In this document: positions 1 through 12,640 of the stretch, one piece after another
Numbering within the stretch: the first letter of the stretch is position 1
How the letters are laid out: every line of letters starts with the position of its first letter
Source of the DNA: Gekko japonicus
Taxonomy: Eukaryota
Reading direction: 5' to 3'
DNA length: 64,000 nucleotides
Assembly (NCBI RefSeq): GCF_001447785.1
Contig: NW_015162030.1
Coordinates: forward strand, 127,895-191,894
Translations under genes and position numbers: made by a program
Notes under the pieces: generated by a model
What the model was told of the DNA's origin: nothing
Databases searched by the model: none
Seen by the model: only the letters and a program-made list of their open reading frames with translations

Positions 1-1603
1 CCCCCGACGCGCCGGGCCAGCCCCTGACCCCCTGGCGCGCGCGCGCTTTTGCAGGTCGACTGCCTCCGGCCCTGGGTGCTCCTCGAGTCCCAGTGAGAAG
101 AAGGGCAGACCATCACAATACGCCAGGCCACAGAAACGTCTCAGGTGACCCAAGGGGGGGGGTGGCTCTTGAGGAGGCTCCAACAGTTTTTAATAGTTAC
201 CCTTTGATTCAAGGTGTTCTGGTTTAATACAGTTCTAGCTCTTCTTGACCCCGAGGCTCCCTGTACGCTGGGGAGTCTTGTGAGTCTAAATTTTGACTCT
301 GTGCGCGACTGGCATTCAAGTGGCGAGCCAGCGATTTGGCGACTGCATAAATTAGTGTGCTCTGGAGCCCTCCTTCCTGAGCCGAGACTCAAATGTGTGA
401 GCTGGAGGCTAAAAAACTGTGAGCTAGCTCGCACTAACTCACCTTAGAGGGAACATGTACAAGGTTTTTCTTCTTGCTTCCAGCCTCTCTGGGCACATAG
501 TTTTGTAAAGTGGCTCAGGCAGGTGCCCTGCAGAGGCAGCCCAGACATTTTCTGAATGAATAAAGAACCTGCGCCAGGGAGCAGACAGGCCAAGCGCAAC
601 CTGTTGGGTTCTTCTGGATCTCCCTGTGGCTTCCAGTCCCATCTGCTGTGGCCACCCTCCCCCCAGCCATGGCTGTGCTCGGTCACTCTCTCTGGGCCAC
701 GTGAGTAGGCACCCGGTGGTGGTGCTGGGGCAGTAAAGGTGGGCATTGGGGCATCATCTACACGGTGGTGTTTTTCACAGGGCTGTTTCCTGGCCTCCAA
801 CCTCTACCAGCCTGTCCATGGAAGTGTCCATGGGAGCTGCCTTCTGTGGAATCAGACCCACAGTCCGCCCAGGTCAGTATCGTCTACGCAGCAGACCGGC
901 TGCAGCTCCCCAGGGGCTCAGCCCCTTCGCCTCACGGACTGCCTGGTCCTCCTCACTGGAGAGGCCAGAGACTGAACCCGGGACCCTGCTGCTGTGTGCC
1001 AGGCAGGTGCTCTGCCACTAAGCCACAGCAATCCTCAAGGGCTGGAGGAGGCCATCCACAGAGAGGAGACCAGAGCCCTGCCGTCAGCTTGCGAAGGGGG
1101 CCTGCGTTCCAATCAGTCTGGGGCTGATATCCCTCTGATGCGGCCACCGTGTTGAATATTCATAGGTCTCAAGATTATGAAAACGGGAAGTTTCAGTATG
1201 TCTAGAAACGGTTATGTATTTCATATTCTGGTTTTCCCTCTTTGGGCTTTGAAGCCTTGTTGTCTAAAGCAACAGGGAAGATTTTGTAAGTGACATTTTG
1301 CGTCATTTCCCCTTTGCAGCCAGTTCAGAAGCAGCAGCAGCATCTGGGAGGAGACTGCCGGGGGCTGGGGGGGGGAAATGGGGGGGAGACACACACAGAC
1401 AGACAGACACACACACACACAGAGGGCTTTCTCTGATTTTAAAACCAAACAGGAGATGAGCCAGGGCGACCGTGGTGGCTGCGGATGCGCCACGGCTTCT
1501 TGCCTTTTCTTTTTTAGAATTGTTTTCTGATGTGTTTTATTCTGCGCTGCCTTGGAGTTTCTCTCCAAGTAGAGATGCTGCATGTAAGTTTGCCAAAGAG
1601 AAG

Positions 1604-2062
1604 TGTTGGGTTTTGATAGTGAGATATTGAAAAACGGCATTTAGCAGAGATAAGATAGCCCAGCAGAGTCTGAGTAAAATAATTCAGACTCAGAGTCCGT
1701 GTGTGATTAAAATATAAAATTTTTACTAAATTCTAGCATGGGGAAGGGTAACTGGGATGAAAATAACAACACAGCTAAACGGCTACATCCTTACACTACA
1801 AAGACAAAACTAGAAGAGAGAGATTATGGCTACTCTTCTTCTTCTTCAGAACACCAAACAAAGACGGGAAGAGAAGCCATAAAATGGTAATACACCTTGG
1901 CACTTTAGTCCCAATCAAATCCCTAGATCAGGGAGAAATTTCCCGGGCTTCTTACATCTAAAGAACATTGGTTACATGAGAAACATGTGACTTCCTGTGA
2001 GTAACATAAACAAACATTTAACCCCAGATATACTGAGTGTTTTCAACTTGTAATACCCAACA
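1604..2062 (-). mobile_element. Solo LTR, copy 1
   Basis: TGTTGGG...CCCAACA termini, 5-bp TSD AGAAG, close reverse-complement match to 16118-16573. Orientation is inferred. Confidence 0.85.
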
Positions 2063-2168
2063 AGAAGTGTGGAAGGGCAATGCAGACGGCAGGCTGCCTT
2101 TAACATTCTGGCGTACGAGAAATGGTGCAAAACACAAGAGACCGCTGGCTGAAATCACTTATATATAA

Positions 2169-3098
2169 CTAGGAAAAAGGCCCGTTGTGGAAATAAATAC
2201 AGCAGCCTCTAGAAAGAGGCTCTGGGCGGGTGCCCCAGCCTTGGACACTCAGTGTCAATTTGCTGTGGCAACCTCAGCAGGGTATAATGACACTGAATCC
2301 ACCATTTTCTCCAGAGGAACTGATCTCTGCTACCTAAAGAACAGCTGTAATTTTGAGTGATCTCTAGCCCTCACCTGGAGATTGGCAATGATGGTTCCCC
2401 AGAAGGGAATGGTTGGTTTGGAGTCTGTGTCTTTGTACGTGTCCGAGGTCCCACGCCTCCTGAAACCTCACCCTCTCCAGGCTCCATCCCTCACATCTCC
2501 AGGAATTTCCCACCTGGAGTTGGCAACCCTATCTCCTTCCCAGCCAATCATCAACCTACCTTTATTTCCCCCTCACTCTTCAGCTTTTCACCCCCCACAT
2601 ACCTGCACCCTCTCCCGTGCTCTGAAGCCCTGACTGCTACGTCACATTGGCTGTCATACGGGGGCCACCTCAGCAGCATAGAAGGATACAGAGCCCACCA
2701 TTTTCTCCAGGGGAACTGATCTCTGCCATCTGGAAAGCAGTTGTGATTCTGAGTGATCTCCAGCCCTCACCTGGAGATTGGACACATTTTACCTCAGAAC
2801 AGCAAAACTGTTTAGAATGTTAGAGGCAAAAGCCAATCAAGTCGCATATGCAAACGACCTCTGTGTTCCAAGGCAGGGGCCAATGAGGCTGCATATGCAA
2901 ATAACCTCTGTATTCTGACTGGCTATGGGGGGGAGAGGAACAGCAAAATGTTTAGAATGTTGAAGGCAGGACTCAGGCAAAGCAGCCAGTGGATAGGGAG
3001 ACCCTCTGAATGACAGATCAGAGAGCAAACTGATTTTGGAGAGTGCGGAATGTTCTAGAGAAGTGCCACCACCATCCGGCTTTTATTTATAATGGAGA
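2169..3098 (-). mobile_element. Non-autonomous Helitron-like element carrying hAT-MITE fragments
   Basis: Minus strand starts A|TCTCCATTATAAATAAAAG and ends with an imperfect hairpin then CTAG|T; no TSD; TA-rich flanks. Confidence 0.6.
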
Positions 3099-3744
3099 TT
3101 ATATATAAAAGTAATATTTAATGCCGAGTTCGCTATCAGTGTAACTGGGTGAAGCCTAAGTGTTCTTACAAGGAACAACACTAACGCAGAAAAATAAAGT
3201 CACAGTAGTACAGAGAAGTCCCAAAAATTTCAATGTGTCTCACTCCTGTTGTATTATAATTTCACAGTCCGACTTGACATGCATTCATCATGGAGTGGGC
3301 TCATATAGTTCCAGGAGGATCCAAATAATCTTGAAGTCAATAGGCCATAAACACGAGAGCATCACCGGGGACACGCACCTGCCTCCCGGCCGCGGCCGTT
3401 CACCCCCACCAGAGGACTGGCAGAAATCAGCCACCGTGCCTTAGGGGCGGGGGGGGGGGCCCTCCAGGGAGCATAAATGGCTGGCCTGTCCAGTAGACAG
3501 ACCTAGTTGACGGCTGGGGGGGGTACCAAAAAGAGAGGGGGCCACATGCAGCAGCAGGGGGCAGGGCAGCGAGGGAGCTGAACCAGCATTCAGCTGAACA
3601 TGTCTAGTGTACCAACTCAGAAGTTAGCCCAACTATGCTCCATGGGATGTAAGCATGCTTCGGTTTGTGGCCTTTGGAATGAGCCAGTCGATGTTGCATT
3701 ATGTTTGGGGGGGGGGGTACCAATTCATGGATCGCACATGGGTG

Positions 3745-3945
3745 TAAACTCCAGTCACGTCACAGCTGACTTACGGTGACCCTATAGAGTTTCGAAGGGA
3801 AGAGACATTGAGGGGCGGTTTGCCGTAGCCTGGCTCCTGGGCACCACGATCTTGGCCTTCCTTGCTACATCTCCCATCCAAGGACTAACCGGGGCCGACC
3901 CTGCTTAGCTTCCAAGAGCTGACAAGGTTGGACTAGCCTGGGCAG
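3745..3945 (-). mobile_element. 5S rRNA-derived SINE (further fragments near 4545-4670 and 59940-59995)
   Basis: Minus strand has GGAAGCTAAGCAGGGTCGGCCCCGGTTAGTCCTTGGATGGGAGA, resembling 5S A/C boxes, followed by a non-5S tail; degenerate. Confidence 0.65.
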
Positions 3946-4049
3946 AAACACAATGGTGGTGGTGGGACGGCTATCCAAGTCGGGACTGACGATCAGTGGG
4001 GGAAAGCACCGTCAAGTCACAGCCAGCTTACGGCGACCCCACACGGGAT

Positions 4050-4545
4050 TAAGAACATAAGAGACGCCAATGTTGGATCAGGTCAAAGGTCCATCCAGTC
4101 CAACACTCTGTGTCACACAGTGGCCAGAAATACCAGTGCCATCAGGAGGTCCACCAGTGGGGCCGGGACATTAGAAGCCCTCCCCCCTGTTGACCCCCCC
4201 CCCCCAAGCCCCAAGATGACAGAGCATCACTTGCCCCACAGCCCCTATCTATACCTTGTGGCTAATGGCCACTGATGGACCTCTGCTCCATATGCTTCTC
4301 TAATTCCCTTTTGAAGCCGTCCATGCTTGTAGCTGCCACCACTTCCTGTGGCAGTGAATTCCATGTGTTAATCACTCTCTGGGTGAAGAAGGACTTCCTC
4401 TTATCCCTTCTAACCCGACCGCTCAGCAGTTTCATGGAGTGCCCACGAGTTCTTGTATTGTGAGAAAGGGAGAAAAGTACCTCTTTCTCTACCTGCTCTT
4501 TCCTATGCATAATCTTATAAACCTTGATCATGTCACCCCTCAGTC
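4050..4545 (-). mobile_element. CR1 LINE 3' fragment
   Basis: ORF 4262-4531 is the CR1 ORF2 C-terminus (VYKIM...RTRGH.MKL...FFTQRVIN.WNSLP.EVV), followed by 3'UTR with a TTCTTATGTTCTTA-type tail. Confidence 0.9.
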
Positions 4546-4851
4546 AAGGCAAGAGACATTCAGAGGCGGTTTGCTATGGCCTGACTCTGCGTAGCGACCC
4601 TGACTGACCAGGGCCAGCCCTGCTTAGCGCCCGAGATCTGATGAGGTCAGGCCAGCCTGGGCCATCCAGGTGAGCCCATAGTCATTGTGTGCCCTCCAGA
4701 CACAGCCAACTTACGGTGATCCCCCCCCCCCATAGAGCAGAGGCGTCAACCTCATTTTCTACCAGGGCCCAATCTGACATAAATGTGGCTTCGTTGGGCC
4801 AGGCCACGTATGCCATAAGATGGAATGACTAGGCCCCCCATGTGTGGAAGA

Positions 4852-5545
4852 TAGGGTTGCCATCCCCCCCCCCCCACACAGCAATGTTGCACAACGTGCC
4901 TATGACACCTGGGGGGGGTGACACTCTGGTTTTTGGGCAAAACTCTATGGCTTGAGGATGCTTTTACCATAGAGTTTTGCCCCAAAACCAGAGTGCTGCT
5001 CCCCCATGTGCCTACATCACTTCCGGGTGACATAGTGTGCAACCAGTGATGGCCCAAGGTTTTTTCGCCCACTAGGCGAGGATACATTCCGGTGGGGGGG
5101 GCTGGTGGGGGGCAGGATGGGGGTGGGTGCCAGAACCTCAGCGGGCAGGCCGAGGGGGCAAGCTGTGAATGCATGCGGGGGGCAGGATCACTCGAGGGGA
5201 GGGGCCTGTGCCAGGCTGCAAAAGGAGCTCCAAAGAGACCACGGGGCCGGGGCGGTAGAGGGCGAGCGGCACTTTCCCGTCCTCCGGGGCTGTTCCCAGC
5301 GCCTGTCCCCCCCCCGCCTCCTTCTCTTTCTGTCTGGGGGGCTGTAAAGAGGAGAGTCTCTTGCCCTGGAGGGAGCAAGAAGTCGGCAAGGGAGGCTTCC
5401 CGTGTGGGGGGAGGAGGGGACGAGGCCAGCCAGAATGGTGCCCTCATCGAGCCGACACCCTAGGCAACAGTCTAAAATTTAACAATAACGGGCTGGCCCT
5501 GTTTGCAACATGCCCCCCCCCCGCGCGCGCATCCCGCCAACCCTA
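4852..5545. mobile_element. hAT non-autonomous element with a nested second element (5044-5501)
   Basis: TAGGGTTG...CAACCCTA termini, perfect 8-bp TSD GTGGAAGA; inner element flanked by TGTGCAAC/TTTGCAAC. Confidence 0.8.
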
Positions 5546-6013
5546 GTGGAAGAAGCTGCTGAAGGAGGTCCCCCCATGGGCTAAAGTGCAGCTGCCGCAG
5601 CGGTGTGTGTGTGTGTGCGAATATGGCAGTGGCACTGGCTGCCAGCAGGCCCCAGCAGAGGATTGTCTGCGCCCCCCCCTGCCCCACCCCGCCCCCCATG
5701 TGCAAACGCCGATCCCCACAGCCATCCAAGGCAGCATCCCCGGGTCCGCAGGCTGAGCGGAGAGGCGTGCAACCTCGCCCTGGAACCCTGAGCTGTCGGG
5801 AATGCGGCTGCGGTGGCTCCCAACTTACCGGGGAGGCTACCACTGAAGCCAGGGGGTCCTGCTTGACGGCTGCGGACGAGGCTGGGCCGGCCACAATTGG
5901 AGTGGCTCCGCCCCTCCCCCTCCCCATAGCCTCCTGTTCCCTCCCTGGCCCCAGATAAGAGCCCTGGATGGGCTGGTTCTGCCCCACCAGCCTGATCTTT
6001 GACACCCCTGGGC

Positions 6014-6219
6014 CAATGTGCCCTCTAAGCTGTGGAGTCTTGTGAGTGAAAACTCTACTTTGTGAGCTAATGGTATTAAAGTGGTGAGTGAGCAATTTGG
6101 CTACTGCATAAATTAGTTCGCTCTGGAGCCATCTTTCCTGAGCTGAGACAAAACTGTGTGAGTCGGAGGCTAAAAAATGGTGAGCTAGCTCACACTCACT
6201 CAGCTTAGAGGGAACATTG
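6014..6219. mobile_element. ~205-bp hAT MITE (TIR CAGTGTTCCCTCTAAGCTG); other copies at ~256, 13382, 13506, 13794, 22218, 22443, 34379, 40379, 41676, 42668 and 63862
   Basis: Terminal inverted repeats and perfect 8-bp TSD CCCTGGGC. Confidence 0.88.
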
Positions 6220-6302
6220 CCCTGGGCTATAGGGTTTTCAAGGCAAGAGGTGGCTCTGCATTGTGACCCTGGACTTCATTGGGGGTCTCCCATGCAAGTA
6301 CT

Positions 6303-7220
6303 AGTTTGGTGTAGTGGTTAAGTGTGCGGACTCTAATCTGGAAGAAGCGGGTTTGATTCCCCACTCCTCCACTTGCACCTGCTGGGTGACCTTGGGCAAG
6401 CGGTAGTTCTCGTATAGCTGTTCTTGGAAAAGAGCAGTTTCTGTCAGAGCTCTCGCAGCCCCGCCTACCTCACAGGGTGTCTGCTGTGGGGAGGGGAAGG
6501 GAGTTTGTAAGCCGCTCTGAGACTCCTTCGGGTAGTGACGGGCGGGGTATAAATCCAATCTCTTCTTCTTGATTCCCCACTCCTCTGCTTGCACCTGGCT
6601 GGATGACCTTGGGCAAGCGGTAGTTCTCGTATAGCTGTTCTTGAAAAAGAGCAGTTTCTGTCAGAGCTCTCGCAGCCCCGCCTACCTCACAGGGTGTCTG
6701 CTGTGGGGAGGGGAAGGGAGTTTGTAAGCCGCTCTGAGACTCCTTCGGGTAGTGACGGGCGGGGTATAAATCCAATCTCTTCTTCTTGATTCCCCACTCC
6801 TCTGCTTGCACCTGGCTGGATGACCTTGGGCAAGCGGTAGTTCTCGTATAGCTGTTCTTGAAAAAGAGCAGTTTCTGTCAGAGCTCTCGCAGCCCCGCCT
6901 ACCTCACAGGGTGTCTGCTGTGGGGAGGGGAAGGGAGTTTGTAAGCCGCTCTGAGACTCCTTCGGGTAGTGACGGGCGGGGTATAAATCCAATCTCTTCT
7001 TCTTGATTCCCCACTCCTCTGCTTGCACCTGGCTGGATGACCTTGGGCAAGCGGTAGTTCTCGTATAGCTGTTCTTGAAAAAGAGCAGTTTCTGTCAGAG
7101 CTCTCGCAGCCCCGCCTACCTCACAGGGTGTCTGCTGTGGGGAGGGGAAGGGAGTTTGTAAGCCGCTCTGAGACTCCTTCGGGTAGTGACGGGCGGGGGA
7201 TAAATCCAATCTCCTCTTCT
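6303..7220 (+). repeat. Tandem array of Squam3-like tRNA-derived SINE: 1 full + 3 headless 217-bp units
   Basis: Units restart at TTGATTCCCC at 6569, 6786 and 7003; A box TGGTGTAGTGG only in the first copy. Confidence 0.9.
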
Positions 7221-7583
7221 GCCCCCCCCCCATGGGAATGGCTGGGGGCACCGATCAGGGAAGGGAGGGCTGAGATCCTGGGGGGGGGGGGGCTGGCCCA
7301 GTCCGGTGGCTGGTCTGGCTTTCTCTGGGCTGAGAGGCGTTCAGCACCAAGGAGGCCTCGGCGGGTCACCTCCGCTGACTTCCTCCTCCGCTTTGCAGGC
7401 ACTTGGGCCACCCAGCCCGGAGCTTCTGATAGGACGGAGCGGGGGGGGGGGAATGGGGCTGCCGCCTGCCCCACACGCCCAGGTGCAGCTGAGTCTGCAG
7501 GGTGCATGGGGTGGGGAGGGCACATCCCGGGGAGCAGCCTGGGCCTTTGTTGTCTCCGGGCTTGAGATCGCTGGGTCCATAGA

Positions 7584-7860
7584 TCCAGTTTGGTGTGGTG
7601 GTGAAGTGCGCGGACTCTAATCTGGGACAACCGGGTTTTATTCCCCACTCCTCCACCCGCAGCTGCTGGATGACCTTGGCCAGGCCATCGTTTTGCCAGA
7701 GCTGTTCTCGAAAGGGCAGTTCTGGAAAGAGCTCTCTTTCACAGGGTGTCTGTTGTGGGGAGGAGCTTGTAAGCCACTCTGAGACTCTGAGTGAAGGGCA
7801 GGGTATAAATCCTATCATCTCCTCCTCCTCCTCCTCCTCCTCCTCTTCTTCTTCTTCTTT
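7584..7860 (+). mobile_element. Squam3-like SINE (also ~14946, 15607, 33428, 35751, 48627, 49363, 57031, 59647 on +; ~18360, 38034, 55875, 58760 on -)
   Basis: Pol III A/B boxes (TGGTGTRGTGG, GGTTTGATTCC), shared body and (TCC/TCT)n tail. Confidence 0.85.
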
Positions 7861-9563
7861 CCCAGGACTCTACAAGGTGGGCACTGACTTTATTTCTACC
7901 CCACACCTTTCTCCCCAGTGGGGACCCAAAGCGGCTTCCGTCCCTCTCCCCTTCTTCATTTGACCCATACAATGACCCTATGAGGTAGGTGAGGCTGAGA
8001 CTGTGTGACTGACCAGAGGCCCCCTAAGCAAGAGCAGGGATTCGAACCCAGAGTCTCCCAGACCCTCGTCCGATGCTCCAGTCTCTATGCCACGCCGGCT
8101 CTCCCGGGGGCGGTGGCGGTGGAAGGGCAGGGCAGGGTGGGGCTCTCCTTGGATTCCCATTCCACCGTCTGGTGGGGGGGCAGCACCCCCACCCCTGCCT
8201 CGGGGCACAAGGCGGGACTGTCGCTGGCGGCATTTCCGAGAGCTGGGTTCAAGGTCCGCCTCAGCCTCAGCCGCAGACAAGCGCTTCGCTCGGCTTCCTT
8301 TGCCTGCATCCCACACAGCCGCAGGCAGGTCGCGGGGAGGAGTCCTCGATGGCTGCTGCCAGATCCGGCCATGCTCTTTGCGCAGCAGGCGGAAAGAGCC
8401 GCTCCACACCCTTTGGGCCTCGCGGGCTCCCTGTGGTGCTGGCCTGGCCCCACACAGGCCCCGCTTTTGTAACCTCCGGGACACTGGCCTGCCTTTCGGG
8501 GGAGGCCAGAGAGACTGCCCTGTGCGGAACACAGTGTCCCACGTCCACACGGAGCACCGGGTGGCATTCGCCCGCCAGCCCAGTTCTGCAACCATTGCGC
8601 AACTCCAGGCGGGGCTTTGAACGTTGCCAGCCCTCGATCCCCAGCGCCCACGGGCGAGAGCCCCACCCCAGGCCAGCCGGGCCTCCATCCAAGGGTGGCT
8701 CAGCACTCCCNNNNNNNNNNNNNNNNNNNNNNNNNNNNNNNNNNNNNNNNNNNNNNNNNNNNNNNNNNNNNNNNNNNNNNNNNNNNNNNNNNNNNNNNNN
8801 NNNNNNNNNNNNNNNNNNNNNNNNNNNNNNNNNNNNNNTGGGTGGAGGGGAGGGGGGGTGTCACTTCAGGTAGGGCCCCTTGGTTCTTTCTGCCCCCTTG
8901 GTTCTTTCTCTGGGGCAGAGAGTAAGGCTAGGCAGGGGGGCAGGCAGCTTGGGTTGGGGGGGGGGGGTTTAATGTATTCAGAAACTGGCAGCATGGACCA
9001 TAACGCTTTTGGCAGGCTGCTGTATCAAGACCGTGTGGGTCGGCTTTCATTGCTTAAGGCTGCAGCCCGCTTTTGTGGTAGAGATGGATACGTATGGATG
9101 GCCTTTGCCCGCTCCCTGGGCTTCCGAAGACCTTGGGGCTCCGTCGCCTGCCCCTCAGGGATGGGCCTAAACTCACTCTGGAAGGGACCCAGGGACTCCA
9201 GGAAGACGGGCCCATAAACCGCCATGAGTCTCAGAGAACCTCTGGATTCAGAGGCAGGACCTCTCTGGGTCCCAGAGCTGGGCAGCCTTGGCCTCGGCGC
9301 CCTCTCTCTCGGTCCTCCGGGGCAACTGGCTGGCCCCTAAGTGGAACAGGATGCTGGGCCAGATGGGCCACACCGGCCTGATCCAGCACGGCTCCTCTGA
9401 CAGCCTGATGTTCTTCAACCCCGTGGCCTGATTAGCTCAGCAGGTGGATCTGTCAGCTGCAGGATGTGAGCAACAACAAGGAAACGGAGGCTTGCCGAGA
9501 GGGAGCGGGAGGCACACAGGCGTGCACCTGATGAGGCAGCTGATGCCCTGCAGCCCCACCCTC

Positions 9564-10443
9564 ACCAGCCTACGCAGCAGACGGGTGCCAGGATGAGCAG
9601 GGAAGTCCTCCTGGCGTGCTGGTTCTCCTCAGCCCCAGGAGCCCACAAAAGCTACCGCGGGAAGTCTTTAAGGAAGGGCCGCGGTGGCTCGGAGGTTAAA
9701 GACGCTGAGCTGCAGACCGGAAGGTTGTTCGTTCGGCAGTTCGAGACCCGAGTGTGCCGCATGATGGAGTGAGCTCCCGTCTCTGGTCCCTGCTCCTGCC
9801 AACCTAGCAGTTTGAAAGCAAGAAATTGTGAGTAGATAAATAGGTACCGCTTTGGTGGGAAGGAAACAGAGTACACATGACCACGTAAAAAGGTCTTCAG
9901 ACAGTGCTGGCTCTTTGGCTTGGAAATGGAGATGAGTCTTGGAGCTCCTTAAAGGTAAAGGTTCCCTTGCTCGAAAGCCAGTTGAATCCGACTCTAGGGG
10001 CCGTGCTCATCTCCATTTCCAAGCCAAAGAGCCAGCACTGTCTGAAGACCTTTTTACGTGGTCATGTGTACTCTGTTTCCTTCCCACCAAAGCGGTACCT
10101 ATTTATCTACTCACAATTTCTTGCTTTCAAACTGCTAGGTTGGCAGGAGCAGGGACCAGAGACGGGAGCTCACTCCATCATGCGGCACACTCGGGTCTCG
10201 AACTGCCGAACGAACAACCTTCCGGTCTGCAGCTCAGCGTCTTTAACCTCCGAGCCACCGCGGCCCTTCCTTAAAGACTTCCCGCAGTAGCTTTTGTGGG
10301 CTCCTGGGGCTGAGGAGAACCAGCACGCCAGGAGGACTTCCCTGCTCATCCTGGCACCCGTCTGCTGCGTAGGCTGGTCCTAGAGTCTTATTCAACTGGC
10401 TTTCGAGCAAGGGAACCTTTACCTTTAAGGAGCTCCAAGACTC
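9564..10443. repeat. Inverted duplication of a Sauria SINE plus flank (373-bp arms)
   Basis: 9564-9936 is the reverse complement of 10006-10378; 9934-9998 is the reverse complement of 10379-10443. Confidence 0.9.
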
Positions 10444-11279
10444 CCGTTCCTTTTCCCTTGGGTGTACAGGACTCTGGAGGAGGCAGCAGTGGACGGCTTT
10501 GGCCAGCATGCCGGCCCCAACGCCTGCGTCCAGCCTTGCCAGAGATAAAGCACCAAGCGGCACGTCAGCTGCAAAGCACCAAATATTGTCACACGTCAAA
10601 AAAGCAAATGCTGTCAAATTTCAGTCCTCAAATATCACTGGGTAGCACAAGCAGATGCCAACTGTTTGGCAAAGACTTGAGCATTTTGAGAATGACTGGG
10701 AAATATCTGGCACACAAAACTTTGCAGAAAGCGATGCTGAGAAACAAATCGGGATCAAGAGTCTCTACAGTCCTAACAAGAGAAATCGACAGGCAACTCC
10801 TGTCAGGCTCCTCCTGGGCGTTAATATTTCGGTGCCTGTCTCCAGAGGCGGTCCGAGCCCATGGCACGAGGGCACCAAAAGGGTATTGGCGCTGGTGAGG
10901 CCAGGTCACCTGACTTCATTCATCCTCTCTCGGTGGAAACTGTTTCCCCCAGGCCCAGGTTTTACGAGGACTGAAATTCTGACCTCTCACTCACGGGATG
11001 GTAAAACATGGCAGGGAGGCCGGAAGGAATGTTTGGCTACGGGGTGGGGCAGGATGGTAAATTCCAGAAGCGAATATTTCAGCCCGGAAGATGCTGCCAG
11101 TCCCGCTTGGCCATGATGGAGCACCGGAGGGGGATCTGTCCCGGCAGGAGGGAAGCAGCCCTGCTCCCTGGCCGCCACCTTTGCCGTTGCTGGCCTTTCC
11201 CTGCATGGCCTCCAGAGCACACAGAGAGTGTGCCACTCTTTGTGCCAACTGGTCCATCCCAAAGTGCCACAATTAAAAT

Positions 11280-11740
11280 TGATTGATTGATTGATTTTAT
11301 TTTTTTATTTATACCCCGCCCTCCCAACGGCTCAGGGCAGCTTTGTTAGCTTACCTATGGCAAAGCCAGAGTAAAATACAATAAAACATATAATAAATTA
11401 CATATTTAAAACACAATAAAACCATCCTATCACATGGTGCTGAGCCTATATTTAATCTTCCAAGATGGACAACCACCTAAATTTGATGGCCAGCTCTCTC
11501 AGCAACGCGGTTTCCTGCTACGCTGTTCTACCAGGCTGGGCCAGTCCCCCTTTAACAGGGCTGCTGATGGCACACTACCTCGTTGGTAGGATAGTGGCGG
11601 TGGCGGCTCCTACTCAAACGCCTGGCGGAAGAGCTCTGTCTTGCAGGCCCTGCAGAACTGCATAAGGTCCCGCAGGGCCCGGATCTCATCTGGGAGCTCA
11701 TTCCACTAGGTAGGAGCTGCCACCGAAAATGCCACCCTTC
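11280..11740 (-). mobile_element. Degenerate LINE 3' end, probably L2
   Basis: Microsatellite tail followed by TATACCCCGCCCTC...GGCTCAGGGC and GGGAGCTCATTCCAC motifs that I recall from squamate L2 ends. Confidence 0.5.
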
Positions 11741-12289
11741 TATCCCACCCTCCCAGCCGAAACTGGCATGGGGAGAAATGCCTGCCGGAGCCAGCTCTGT
11801 CTAGTCCCGCGTCCTCTTCCCCGTAGTGGCTAGGAAGGGCCACAGCCCGTTCCCGCGTGGGCGATCTGCCCTGGGTCCGGTGCTGCTGGGTCTCCTGCTT
11901 CCCCTCAGCACTCCGGGGGCTTCCGTGCACCACCTGCATGTCCCTGGACCCTTCTGCACCCTTTCCCCACCCTGCTCGGCTCAGATGCTTCCGGAAAGAT
12001 CGCAGCCGAGTCCGCCCAGCCGGCAGGTGCTCAGGACAAGTCTGGGTTGGGCCCGTCCTGCCCCTGCCGCGTCCCTTGACCAGCCCCGACTGCAACCAGG
12101 CAGATTTGGGGAGGCTTTCTTCCAGTCAGCAGTGGGCCTTTTGATGCCATGGTGTGACTGCGTGCCTTTTATTTGTAATTATTTATTTACGTCGCTGATA
12201 GCCCACCTTTTCCACAGGGATCCAGGGCGGATTGCACAGAGTGAGCCCGTACCAGTTTTAAAAAACTCAGGAAAGACCCTGCTACATAG

Positions 12290-12640
12290 TGGGGTTAAGC
12301 TCAAGTGGTTAAGACGCTGAGCTGCAGACCAGAAAGTCGGTAGCTCGGCAGTTTGAGACCCAAGTGCCGCATGGCGGAGTGAGCTCTCCTCTCTGGTTCC
12401 AGCTCCTGCCAACCTAGCAGTTCGAAAGCAAGACATTACAAGTAGATAAACAGGTACTGCTTCGGTGGGAAGGTCACAGCGTTCCGTGCACCTTGGTGTC
12501 TAGTTATGCCGGCCACATGACCATGGAGACGTCTTCGGACAGCGCTGGCTCTTCAGCTTGGAAATGCAGATGAGCACCGCAACCCTAGAATCGGATTTGT
12601 CTGGCTTTTGAGGGAGGGGAACCTTTCCTTTTACCTTACA
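12290..12640 (+). mobile_element. Sauria SINE (Squam1)
   Basis: tRNA-like head, CCAGCTCCTGCCAACCTAGCAGTTCGAAAGCA core and ACCTTT-type tail. Confidence 0.85.

Noticed and set aside
55-145. Possible exon between TTTTGCAG and CAG|GTGACC at the CpG-rich window start
   Set aside because: No recognisable product or partner exons.
3870-3945. 5S rRNA gene
   Set aside because: Partial, mutated and fused to a SINE tail.
6301-7251. Repeated identical 113-aa ORFs or a CRISPR-like array
   Set aside because: Translations of tandem SINE units; no unique spacers, and the context is vertebrate.
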